Assembly (NCBI GenBank): GCA_963726245.1
Contig: CAVSBT010000038.1
Span: 51,398-115,397 of the forward strand
Reading direction: 5' to 3'
DNA length: 64,000 nt
Source: an uncultured Chloroflexia bacterium
Lineage (GTDB): Bacteria; Chloroflexota; Dehalococcoidia; DSTF01; JALHUB01
A program made the translations under genes and the position numbers. Position 1 is the first letter of the stretch; every line of letters begins with the position of its first letter. A model generated the notes under the pieces. The model was given only the letters and a program-made list of their open reading frames with translations, ran no database searches and had not been told where the DNA came from. Below, piece by piece: positions 19,142-28,186 of the stretch.

Positions 19142-21674
19142 CGTGCTTGCCTCCTTTCGAGGGGCGGCCCGGCCGGCTGCCGTGAGGGAAGCTCTCAGAG
19201 GGGGCAGAGGGAGGCTTCCTCTGCCTCGGCTTGGCGCTGTCCTTCCTGGCTCCTTCAGGGCCTGCCTCGGGGATCTCCTTCAGGTACTCCGCGAAGTCGC
19301 GGAGGCGCCGGTCGACGCGATAACCCACGCTGCCTTCCGGGAACTGGCCATTGGGGCCGCGCTTCCCCGCCGGCACGCCGGTGAGAATCTCGATGCCCTC
19401 ATCGATGGTTCCGGCCGGCCAGACGTGGAACCTCTTCGCTTTCACGGCCTTCACCACGTCCTCGCGTAGCATGAGGGTTTGAACGTTGCTTCGGGGGATA
19501 ATGACGCCTTGTTTGCCGGTCAGCCCCTTCGCCTGGCACACGTCGAAGAAGCCCTCGATCTTCTGGTTTACGCCGCCGACGGCCTGGAGCTCGCCGGGCT
19601 GGTTCACCGAGCCCGTTACGGCGATTCCCTGCTTGACCGGCAGGCCCGACAGCGCCGAGAGCAGGGCGAAGAGCTCCGCCGACGAAGCGCTATCGCCCTC
19701 GATCCCCTCGTAGTTCTGCTCGAAGACGAGCCGCGCGGCTAGCGTCAGCGGCTTGTTCTGCGCGTACTCCTGGGCAAGGTAGCCGCCCAAGATGAGGATG
19801 CCTTTGCTGTGGAGTGGCCCGCCCAGCTCGACCTCCCGCTCGATGTCGAGCACGCCCTCTCGGCCCGGCCCGACGCTGGCCGTGATCCGGCTGGGCTTGC
19901 CGAAGAGGTAGTCGCCCAGGCTGAGCACCGAGAGCCCGTTCACCTGTCCCACCGCCTGGCCGGCCGTGTCGATGAGCAGCGTCCCGCGCGCGATCATCTC
20001 CTGGATGCGCTCCTGGATGAGATTCGAGCGGTGGACTTTCTCATCGAGGGCCTTGCGCACGTGCGCCGCGCTGACGTGGGAGGCGCCCTGCTGAAGCGCC
20101 CAGAAGTGGGCCTCGCGGATGACGTCGGCCAGGGCGCCGAAATGAGTCGACAGCTTCTCCTGGTCCTCCGCCAGGCGCGAGGCGTGCTCCAGCAGCTTCG
20201 CCACCGCGCTGGCGTCCAGGTGCTTGAGCTTCTCCTTGTGGCAAAAGGTGGACAAGACGGCCAGGAAGTCCTGGACGTTCTCCCCGTCGCGCGCCATGCT
20301 CGTATCGAAGTCCGCCTTCACCTTGAAGAGCTCCGAGAACTCATCGTCGGCGCCGTGCAGGAGGTAGTAGAGCATCGGGCTGCCGATAAGGACAACCTTC
20401 ACGTCGAGCGGGATCGGTTGCGGGCGCACGCTCTTTGTGGCCATGAACCCGAAGCGCTCCCCCGGCTCCTCGATCTCTATCAGCCGGCTGCGCAGCGCCC
20501 TCTTCAGTCCGTCCCAGCTAAACGGATTCCGCAGGACGTCCTCGACGCGCAGCACGAGATAGCCGCCGTTGGCCTGGTGGAGCGAGCCGGCCTTGATCAT
20601 CGTGAAGTCCGTGTAGAGGGCCCCGAAGTGAGCCTCCTTCTCGACCCGTCCGAAGAGGTTGCCGTAGCTCGGGTTGAGCTCCACGACCACGGGCGCGCCC
20701 TCCGCCTTGCTGTTGTCCACGAGCACGTTCACCTGGTACTTCCTGAAAGGCAGCTCCGGCGACGAGGGGACCGGCGTGGGCGTGGAGGCGTCCTGAGGCG
20801 CAGGCGCCGCGGACGGGTGAGGCGACGGGCTGCCCTTGAACGCCTCGATGTTCTCGAAGATGTCTCTCTGAGCGGCCTTGAGATACTCTGCGACCTGAGG
20901 CAGGTCACGATACTTCTCGCTGAGGTCATCGAACAGGCCGCCGACGACGTAGAGCGCGACCTGCTTGTCGAGCTCCTCGAGCTTTCCTTTCACGACGCGT
21001 TCCAGCTCCCTGACCTGCTTCATGGTGGCCTTCAGCTCTTCCTCCAGCGTGTCGCGGCGCTTCTGGAGGTCCTTGCGCGCCGGAGCGGGCAGAGCCTGGA
21101 ACTCCGTATCGCTGAGGGGCCGGCCCTCCACTATGGCGACAATCATGACGCCGAAGGGCGACGCCTGGAGCGCGAAGCCTGCTTCAGCCGCCCGTTCGCT
21201 GAGCCGCTCCTGCATCTGAGACCTTTGCGTCTCCAGCGTCTTGACGATCTCGTCCCGCTTGCTGCTGTACTCCTCGCTCTCGAAGGCCTTTGGGATCTCG
21301 CGGCGGGCGTGATCGATAAGGCCCTTCGTCTCTTGCTGGAGCTGATGCCCGCGTTTAGCGGGCAATCGACACACGCTGGGCACATATGGGTCGTCGAAGC
21401 TGTTTACATAACACCAGTCGGCGGGGGTCTCTTTGCGGCGGGCCAGCTCCTCGAGGAAGGCATGGACGGCGGTCATCTTGCCGATACCGGATGGCCCGGC
21501 GACGTAGATGTTGAAGCCGGCCTCCTGGATGCCCAGCCCAAACTGAAGGGCGGAGACCGCCCGCTTCTGTCCGATGATGGCTTGAGAGGGCTTGACGTGT
21601 TCTGTGGTCCGGATGCCGAGGGCCTTGGGGTCAAACGTTCGTCGCAGTTGCTCCGCGGGCAACTCGTCGGTCAT
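19134..21674 (-). CDS. Lon-family (LonB/LonC-like) ATP-dependent protease
   Basis: IIGQKRA, Walker-A GPSGIGK, HQANGGYL, GDSAS Ser and GGVNQK Lys dyad. Confidence 0.92.
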   Translation of the reverse strand: MTDELPAEQLRRTFDPKALGIRTTEHVKPSQAIIGQKRAVSALQFGLGIQEAGFNIYVAGPSGIGKMTAVHAFLEELARRKETPADWCYVNSFDDPYVPSVCRLPAKRGHQLQQETKGLIDHARREIPKAFESEEYSSKRDEIVKTLETQRSQMQERLSERAAEAGFALQASPFGVMIVAIVEGRPLSDTEFQALPAPARKDLQKRRDTLEEELKATMKQVRELERVVKGKLEELDKQVALYVVGGLFDDLSEKYRDLPQVAEYLKAAQRDIFENIEAFKGSPSPHPSAAPAPQDASTPTPVPSSPELPFRKYQVNVLVDNSKAEGAPVVVELNPSYGNLFGRVEKEAHFGALYTDFTMIKAGSLHQANGGYLVLRVEDVLRNPFSWDGLKRALRSRLIEIEEPGERFGFMATKSVRPQPIPLDVKVVLIGSPMLYYLLHGADDEFSELFKVKADFDTSMARDGENVQDFLAVLSTFCHKEKLKHLDASAVAKLLEHASRLAEDQEKLSTHFGALADVIREAHFWALQQGASHVSAAHVRKALDEKVHRSNLIQERIQEMIARGTLLIDTAGQAVGQVNGLSVLSLGDYLFGKPSRITASVGPGREGVLDIEREVELGGPLHSKGILILGGYLAQEYAQNKPLTLAARLVFEQNYEGIEGDSASSAELFALLSALSGLPVKQGIAVTGSVNQPGELQAVGGVNQKIEGFFDVCQAKGLTGKQGVIIPRSNVQTLMLREDVVKAVKAKRFHVWPAGTIDEGIEILTGVPAGKRGPNGQFPEGSVGYRVDRRLRDFAEYLKEIPEAGPEGARKDSAKPRQRKPPSAPSESFPHGSRPGRPSKGGKHDA

Positions 21675-21856
21675 GCTGGTGAATCCTCTCTTTCTGAGCC
21701 TTGCACAATGTTCGGCTTCCGGCAACGGCCAGTCAAGCTCGAACGCCGCTGGGCGCGCGTTTGAGGCTCTTTGTGCTGATTCATGCAGCGTCGAGGTCGT
21801 GGGCAAGGGTGGTCAGGCCCTAGCGGCAGGTCGATAATCACGCTGAGGCGTGCGAG

Positions 21857-22543
21857 ATGCAAAACCCAGAGGCCCCCTCACCTATCCTGCCGAGGCTGAC
21901 CGGCGTTCTTACGTTTGTCACAGCGGCCGTCGCTACCGTGCTGTTCGTGGCGGTTGACAACCGCACATACGGCGCCACCGGTCTGGCCCTGTTTGCGTGC
22001 CTCGCCGGCGTATTCTTCATACTGGAGCTGCGCTTCGCTCGTGACCTTGGTCGCTACCAGGCACTGACCAGCGTTAGCGGGCTCGTGGGGCCAGCGGAGC
22101 AGTTTTTTGGATCGCTGGTGGATCCCGAGACGATGTTGCCCCGCTTCTGGCTGTTCTCAGCCCGACTGACGGAGGAGATCCAGCGGGCGGAGAGGCACAA
22201 GCGAACGTTGGCCCTGTGTGCGCTGGAGCCTGATGACCTCACAATCTACCTGGATCAGACATTCCGGTGCAAAGTCGGACCCGCCGTGCATGGCCATCTT
22301 CGCACGGCTGACTCTGCGACCGTGGACCACTCGGGCAGGCTGCTGGTGCTCTTCGCCGAGACGTCGGGGCCGGAGGGAGAGGTGGCGGCCAGACGGTTGG
22401 TGACGACGCTTAACTCACTTCTGTTTGAAAACGAACCGCGCCGGTGGCGGGCCGCCATGGTCTTCTACCCCGAGGACGGGACGAACACCGAGGAGCTGCT
22501 GAAGAGGGCGGACGCCCTGCTGGCCAAGAGATACGCGGCCTAG
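21857..22543 (+). CDS. Two-TM membrane protein with degenerate GGDEF domain
   Basis: DPET..., EEIQRAER, RTAD-x5-HSGRL in place of GGDEF, YPEDG...ELLKRADALL. Confidence 0.75.
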   Translation: MQNPEAPSPILPRLTGVLTFVTAAVATVLFVAVDNRTYGATGLALFACLAGVFFILELRFARDLGRYQALTSVSGLVGPAEQFFGSLVDPETMLPRFWLFSARLTEEIQRAERHKRTLALCALEPDDLTIYLDQTFRCKVGPAVHGHLRTADSATVDHSGRLLVLFAETSGPEGEVAARRLVTTLNSLLFENEPRRWRAAMVFYPEDGTNTEELLKRADALLAKRYAA

Positions 22544-22634
22544 GTCCCCTCACTGCCCATCGAAATCGAGGTTACCGCTCTTCCGGGTGTAGACGTGGAG
22601 GCCGTCCATCCGGTGGCTGACTCTGTTCAGCCTG

Positions 22635-24557
22635 CTAGACTTTTCGGTCGGCGACCTGGGCCCTCATCTGCTGCCAGGCCTCGTGCGCCTCTCCCACTGA
22701 GCCCTCATCCTCGATGGTGGAGATGTCCCCTGGGTCCTTGCCCAAGACCACGGCCTTCAGGACCCGACGCATGATCTTGCCGCTGCGTGTCTTGGGAAGA
22801 ACTTCGACGAAGTTCATATCGCCGATAACCGCCACCGGGCCGAGCTCCTTCCTTACCGTCTGCAGCAGCTCTTGCCTCAGTTGTTCGGACGGCTCGCGCC
22901 CCTGCTTGAGAACCACGAAGGCTGAGATGACCTCGCCCCGGAGCTCATCCGGCCGTCCGGTGACGCCGACCTCGGCCACGGCCGGGTGCTGAAGGAAGGC
23001 GGTCTCCACCTCGATCGTGCCGATGCGATGGGCGGCTATCTTGATCACCTCGTCGGCGCGGCCGCTGAACCAGACATAGCCATCCCCGTCAATCGAGGCG
23101 GCGTCGCCGGTGGAGCAGACGCTGGTGTTGGGGATGCGCTGCCAGTAGTCGGGCCCGTAGCGCTCCGGCTCGCCCCACAGCGTTGGCGTTAGGCCGGGGA
23201 ACGGTCGCTTGATGACGAACAAGCCTTTTTCGTCGGGCCCGCACAACTGCCCTTCTGGCGTCATGACGGCCGCCTCGATGCCCGGCAGAGGGATGCCCGC
23301 AGCGCCAGGCTTGATCGGCAGAAGCCCAAGCCCGTAGGGATTCCCGACCACCGGGCCACCCGTCTCCGTGGTCCACATGTGGTCGACGACGGGTATCCGG
23401 TCTTCGAAGACCTCCTTTTGCAGCCACTCCCAGACGGGCGCGTTCAGCACCTCGCCGGCGCAGACCGTGCGCTCCACCGAGCTCAGATCGAAGCGGCGAG
23501 CAACGTCCGCCCCGTAGCGCATCATGAGCCGCACCAGCGTGGGCGACGTGAAGATGCCGCTGATCCGGTTCTGTTCGATGATGCGGTAGAAGGTCTCCGG
23601 ACCTGGGTGGTCGGGAGCCCCCTCGTAGGCGATGGTTGTGCAGCCGAAGAGCAGCGGCGCGTAGACAATATAGCTGTGCCCGACAATCCAGCCTATGTCC
23701 GACGTAGCCCACCAGATGTCGCTCGGCTTGAGGCCAAAGACCCAGTCTCCCATGCTCCGGATGTGCACCTGGTAGCCGCCGTGGGTGTGCACAGCCAGCT
23801 TGGGCTTGGCTGTCGTCCCTGAGGTTGGCAGGATAAAGGCAGGCTCATTGGCCTCCATGGCCACGTAGCCGGTATCCTGGTCCCCGGCCAGGGCAAGGAA
23901 GTCCTCCCACCACATGTCCCGTCCTGCCTGCATCGGCGCCTCGGCGCTCGTGCGGCGCAGGATAACCACGCGCTCGACGGTCTCGCTGGCGCCCTCTTTG
24001 AGAGAGGCGTCGACGATCTCTTTGAGCGGCGTCTCGCGCCCCTTGCGCCACGTGGCATCGGCCGCAAAGAGCAGCCGGGCTCCCGTGCGCACGACCCGGT
24101 CGGCGAGCGCGTTGGCCCCAAAACCAGCAAAGATGGCCACATGGATCGCGCCGATGCGGACGCTGGCGAGCATTATTGTGAGCGCCTCGGGGCAGGTGGG
24201 CATGTAGATGGCGATGCGATCGCCCTTCTTGATGCCCAGGGCGCGCAGGGCCGCACTGGCCCGCTTGACCTCGTGAAGCAGTCGAGCATAGGTGTAGACC
24301 CGCCACTCGCCCCGCTCGTCTTCGAAGATGAGCGCCGCCTGTCCGCCTCGTCCGCGCTCCACGTGATAGTCGAGGCAGTTGTAGCACAGGTTGGTCTGGG
24401 CGCCGATGAACCACCGAAAGGTCGGCGGCGTCCACTCAAACACGCGGTCCCACTTCCGGAACCACGGGAGCTCCTCTGCCGCCCGAGCCCAGAACCCTTC
24501 TGGGTCCTCGGTCGCCTCACGCGTGAACCGACGGATGGCTGGGTTGATCACTTCCAC
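22635..24557 (-). CDS. acs: Acetate/propionate--CoA ligase
   Basis: TSGTTAKPK, SDIGWIVGHSY, DHMWTTETG, GRADEVI and PKTRSGKIMRR. Confidence 0.92.
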   Translation of the reverse strand: MEVINPAIRRFTREATEDPEGFWARAAEELPWFRKWDRVFEWTPPTFRWFIGAQTNLCYNCLDYHVERGRGGQAALIFEDERGEWRVYTYARLLHEVKRASAALRALGIKKGDRIAIYMPTCPEALTIMLASVRIGAIHVAIFAGFGANALADRVVRTGARLLFAADATWRKGRETPLKEIVDASLKEGASETVERVVILRRTSAEAPMQAGRDMWWEDFLALAGDQDTGYVAMEANEPAFILPTSGTTAKPKLAVHTHGGYQVHIRSMGDWVFGLKPSDIWWATSDIGWIVGHSYIVYAPLLFGCTTIAYEGAPDHPGPETFYRIIEQNRISGIFTSPTLVRLMMRYGADVARRFDLSSVERTVCAGEVLNAPVWEWLQKEVFEDRIPVVDHMWTTETGGPVVGNPYGLGLLPIKPGAAGIPLPGIEAAVMTPEGQLCGPDEKGLFVIKRPFPGLTPTLWGEPERYGPDYWQRIPNTSVCSTGDAASIDGDGYVWFSGRADEVIKIAAHRIGTIEVETAFLQHPAVAEVGVTGRPDELRGEVISAFVVLKQGREPSEQLRQELLQTVRKELGPVAVIGDMNFVEVLPKTRSGKIMRRVLKAVVLGKDPGDISTIEDEGSVGEAHEAWQQMRAQVADRKV

Positions 24558-24843
24558 GGCATGTACCTCCGGCTAGTCAGCACGTACTCTCCTGCGTTTG
24601 CCCGACCCCAACAGCATCTTCGTTCTGAAGGGCGTTCACTACCAGTCGGGGGGGCCTGGCTATTCTGCTGGCATCTTCCTGCATTATCGCCCCTGCCACG
24701 AACTGGTCAACAGCCATCTATCTGGGGAACAACGCCCCTGCCAGGCCGCGTTCGACGGCTTGGAGCTTGGGCCCGCGAAACCGCCACCTGTCAGCTCCCG
24801 CAAGCCCTTCTAACTATGGGGCCGTTTTCCTGCAGCCGTAGCC

Positions 24844-24871
24844 TTGACGTCGTCTGTTCTGTAGCTATACT
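24844..24871 (+). promoter_or_regulatory. Sigma70-type promoter for the cytochrome b module
   Basis: TTGACG-16 bp-TATACT. Confidence 0.5.
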
Positions 24872-24959
24872 GACCGCAGCCTCCATACGCTTGGCGGGGA
24901 GGTGTCGTGTGTCCTTGAGGCAGGTTCCGACCATGCACGTCGACGAAGGAGGTGATGCC

Positions 24960-25115
24960 ATGGAACCGCTACCGCCAGAGCTGCTGCGGACTGTTCCTCA
25001 CGTCGTCTTTTGGGTCTTCAACCTCGCTATTCCCAACATTGTCGTGTGGGGACTGCTGATCGTGGGCTTTGTCCTCGCGTGCTGGGCGCGCCTGCCCAAG
25101 ATATTGGAGGGCTGA
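24960..25115 (+). CDS. Small membrane protein (51 aa)
   Basis: AAGGAGGTGA RBS then MEPLPPELLRTVPHVVFWVFNLAIPNIVVWGLLIVGFVLACWARLPKILEG. Confidence 0.75.
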   Translation: MEPLPPELLRTVPHVVFWVFNLAIPNIVVWGLLIVGFVLACWARLPKILEG

Positions 25116-25140
25116 TCATGAGCCGGGACGGGGGTGCGCC

Positions 25141-25743
25141 ATGAATCTGACTCGACGAACCCAAAGCCTGCTGACCGACAATCTGTCCCTGGAGGACGCG
25201 CTGCCCACGCAGATGCCGGTGTACGTCAACTCAATCGTGTATCTGTTCGGCGTCACGGCTCTATCAGCCCTGGGATCCCTCGTCGCAACGGGAGTGGTGA
25301 TGTGCCTTTTCGGCCCGGGCTGGTACCACGACTCACGGGTGGGTCACTTCGTGAACTCTCTGCATTTCTGGAGTGTCCAGGTTTTCTTCGCTGCGCTGGT
25401 CCTGCACATGGTCAGCAAGTACTTCATGGCTGCCTGGCGAGACGGACGCTGGAAGACGTGGATGGTCGGCGTGCTGGCCCTGGGGGCCGCGATCTTCACA
25501 GGCTTGACCGGCTTCCTATCGCAGACCAACTGGGACTCACAGTGGATCGCCGTGCAGGCCAAGGACGCCATGAACGCCGTGGGCGTGGGCGGCTTCTTCA
25601 ACACGATGAACACCGGACAGATCCTCACCTTGCACATCATCGTCCTGCCCCTGTTGCTCGTGCTGCTGGTTGGGGTCCACCTCCTCTTCATTCGCAGCGA
25701 GGGCCCGGTGAAGCCGCTGGAGAGGTTGGGGCGACATGAGTAA
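25141..25743 (+). CDS. Cytochrome b/b6 N-terminal domain protein (di-heme)
   Basis: Four heme-ligand His in two helices (SLHFWS...LHMV; TLHII...VHLL); TWMVG and TGFL motifs. Confidence 0.9.
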   Translation: MNLTRRTQSLLTDNLSLEDALPTQMPVYVNSIVYLFGVTALSALGSLVATGVVMCLFGPGWYHDSRVGHFVNSLHFWSVQVFFAALVLHMVSKYFMAAWRDGRWKTWMVGVLALGAAIFTGLTGFLSQTNWDSQWIAVQAKDAMNAVGVGGFFNTMNTGQILTLHIIVLPLLLVLLVGVHLLFIRSEGPVKPLERLGRHE

Positions 25744-26689
25744 GCGAACTGAAGCCTACTTCCAGAACACCCCCATGAAGCCCTATGACCTTCTGAGGGA
25801 AGGGCTCATCGTTCTCCTGGTGGTGGCGGTCGTTGTTGTCGTGGTGGCCGCGATCCTCAGCTCGCCGGACTACCCAACCGTACGCAGCGAGGACGTTGCC
25901 AATCGCCAGCCCGTTGCCTTCGTGGAAACCAGCGCCAACATCCTCGCCGGCAACAGCGGCATTCAGGACTACGGGCCGCCGTACACCCCGGACAGGGACA
26001 ACGCCCAAAGCCTCTTTGGCATCGCCCCCGCCAACTGGTTCGGGGTTAGGAACCGGATCGATCCTTCCCAAGACTTCGTCATCAAGCCTTTGACCCGGCT
26101 GGCCGTCATCGACGAGGGTGTGGGCACGGCACTTCAAACCTACCAGGCCGCCAGCGACGACGAGCAACAGGCCTGGCTTACCGCCTACATCTCTGCCCTC
26201 GACGATGCGACTGTGGTGAATGGGGACGTGCAGGTTCCCTCCGGTGATTACGGCCCTGTTCCCACCCTGATGAGCGGCATGCTGGCTCTGGGACGCTCTG
26301 GCCTGCTGGAAGGCGCGCTGGAAAGCGGGGACAGGCTGCCGTTCACCACCGACTTCACCCGATCGCTGCTCTTCTTCCAGGACGACGTGGACGCCGGGGT
26401 GGCAGACACGCTGGACTTGTCGGGCGATCAATGGGGAATCATCAACGAGACCGGCCGCTATCCAGGGGCGTGGTGGCTTGGGCCGTACTCATTCCTTTAC
26501 CAGGTGCGCCCCATGTCGTCGTCCGATAACGCCGACCTCCAGGTAGGCGCGATCATGGTTGGCTTCTTCCTTGTGCTGCTCTTGACTCCCTTCATACCCG
26601 TCGTTAACCGGTTGCCCCGCTGGCTGGGTGTCTACAGAGTCATCTGGCGGGACTGGTACGCCCGCGGTGGCGGCAATCGGCCGCGATGA
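25736..26689 (+). CDS. Membrane protein partnering cytochrome b (subunit IV-like termini with a large extracytoplasmic insert)
   Basis: N-terminal YDLLRE plus a TM helix; C-terminal PGAWWL..Y..LYQ, TM, PFIP..NRLP. Overlaps the cytochrome b stop. Confidence 0.7.
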   Translation: MSKRTEAYFQNTPMKPYDLLREGLIVLLVVAVVVVVVAAILSSPDYPTVRSEDVANRQPVAFVETSANILAGNSGIQDYGPPYTPDRDNAQSLFGIAPANWFGVRNRIDPSQDFVIKPLTRLAVIDEGVGTALQTYQAASDDEQQAWLTAYISALDDATVVNGDVQVPSGDYGPVPTLMSGMLALGRSGLLEGALESGDRLPFTTDFTRSLLFFQDDVDAGVADTLDLSGDQWGIINETGRYPGAWWLGPYSFLYQVRPMSSSDNADLQVGAIMVGFFLVLLLTPFIPVVNRLPRWLGVYRVIWRDWYARGGGNRPR

Positions 26690-26737
26690 AGGAGCTAGGC
26701 AGGATCGAATAGGATTCTGGAGGGCCGCGGGAAAGGC

Positions 26738-28081
26738 TCAGCGCAGCGTGCCGGCCCCTGGGCCGATGAGATTGACCAGGCTGCCGTCCTGGACCTGACA
26801 GGGAACGAGGCCCAGCTCCAGGAAGACGTTGACGTCGCCTGAGCTGATAGCCTTGTCGACGAATCCCGAAAGGTCACTGACGCCTGGAGGCACCCGGTCG
26901 CCGTTCTGGTCGAAGGCGACCGAGCCGGATACGCCGTCTACCAAGCGGGCCGCGCGCACTGCGTCGCGGAGCGCGGCAGGGTCGACGGTCAGCGAACCGC
27001 CGGCATCCTCGACGGCGACCTGAGCCACGGCGTCGAGCAGGATGGTGGCGGCGTCCGCGTACTGCGCGACAAAGGCCGAATCCGCGGGCGCATGGCCGTG
27101 CAGGTCCTGGAAGTCGGCCACGAAGTCTGCGGGCAGCGGCAGCGAGCACCCGGCGAAGACAACGCCTTCGGCCTGCTTCGCGCCCACCGGCTCGATGAAC
27201 GGCGGGCCCCACGCCGCGTCGCCGGCGCCGAACAGTCCCTTGTAACCTGCATCGCGAAGCTGCCGGAAGAGGAGCGCCGCCTCCGGGTTGAAACCGGCGA
27301 AGCCCACCAGGTCCGGGCTCTCCGCGACGATCTTTCTGACCAGTTCGCTGAAATTGACCGTCCCACGCTGCACGCTGTCCCGAGTCACCGCCACGCCGTT
27401 CTTCTCCATCGCAGTTTGGGCGGCGTCGGCCAGGTCCCGGCCGTAGGACTCGCCGTCGTCGACCAGGTAGACTCTTTGGGCCTTGAGCTGGGAGCTGGCG
27501 AAGAGGCCGGCGAGCGTGCCTTCCAGGTCGTTGCGGTAGGCGGTGCGGAAGAAGAAGCCTCCCTGCGGTTGGTTCGCCGTGAGGCCGGTCGCGGTGGCTG
27601 AGCCGGAGATGGCGACGACTCCGGCCTTCTCATAGACCGGCCGGGCCGCCTCGGCTCCGCTGCTACAGTCGGGCCCGAGGACCCCGACGAGGCCTTGCTG
27701 GCTCAGCAGGCGCTGCGCCGCCTGAACCGTTATCTCGGCCTCAGTGCAGCCGTCGTCCTCCACCTGAATCTCTATCTCGTGGCCCTTGATCTGGCTGCCG
27801 TTCACTTTCCTCCACCGGTCGACGCCGACGATGGCCGCATCGCTGTCTTCGGTTCCCGCCGCCGCGTCGGGCCCGGTTAGAGGCGCCGAAACGCCAACAA
27901 CGATGGCCTCGCCGGCGGGAATGACGATTGGCGTTTGGGGGTCGCGGGTGACCGTTCCGGTTGGCTTGGGGTTCTTTGCTTCGTTGCCACCGCAGGCCCC
28001 GACAAACAGAGCCACGCCCAACACGAGCGCCATCAACAGCGCCGCGCGCCAGTGGCTGGAACGCCCGAAGTGTAAACGCAT
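26738..28081 (-). CDS. Branched-chain amino-acid ABC transporter substrate-binding lipoprotein
   Basis: Lipobox FVGAC; EDDGC, GPDCSSG, ISGSAT, FFRT and YGRDLA. Confidence 0.9.
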   Translation of the reverse strand: MRLHFGRSSHWRAALLMALVLGVALFVGACGGNEAKNPKPTGTVTRDPQTPIVIPAGEAIVVGVSAPLTGPDAAAGTEDSDAAIVGVDRWRKVNGSQIKGHEIEIQVEDDGCTEAEITVQAAQRLLSQQGLVGVLGPDCSSGAEAARPVYEKAGVVAISGSATATGLTANQPQGGFFFRTAYRNDLEGTLAGLFASSQLKAQRVYLVDDGESYGRDLADAAQTAMEKNGVAVTRDSVQRGTVNFSELVRKIVAESPDLVGFAGFNPEAALLFRQLRDAGYKGLFGAGDAAWGPPFIEPVGAKQAEGVVFAGCSLPLPADFVADFQDLHGHAPADSAFVAQYADAATILLDAVAQVAVEDAGGSLTVDPAALRDAVRAARLVDGVSGSVAFDQNGDRVPPGVSDLSGFVDKAISSGDVNVFLELGLVPCQVQDGSLVNLIGPGAGTLR

Positions 28082-28186
28082 CAGTCACCATCCTGCGAAT
28101 GACGGGAGCGGCTGCCTTGCGCCAAGAAGAGTGGCGCTGGTATCTTATGATACCGCCCGGCACGGCGAGTTCAAGGGGTAGACAGC

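Noticed and set aside
24872-24959. Possible riboswitch in the cytochrome b leader
   Set aside because: Hairpins are possible, but I see no recognisable aptamer consensus.
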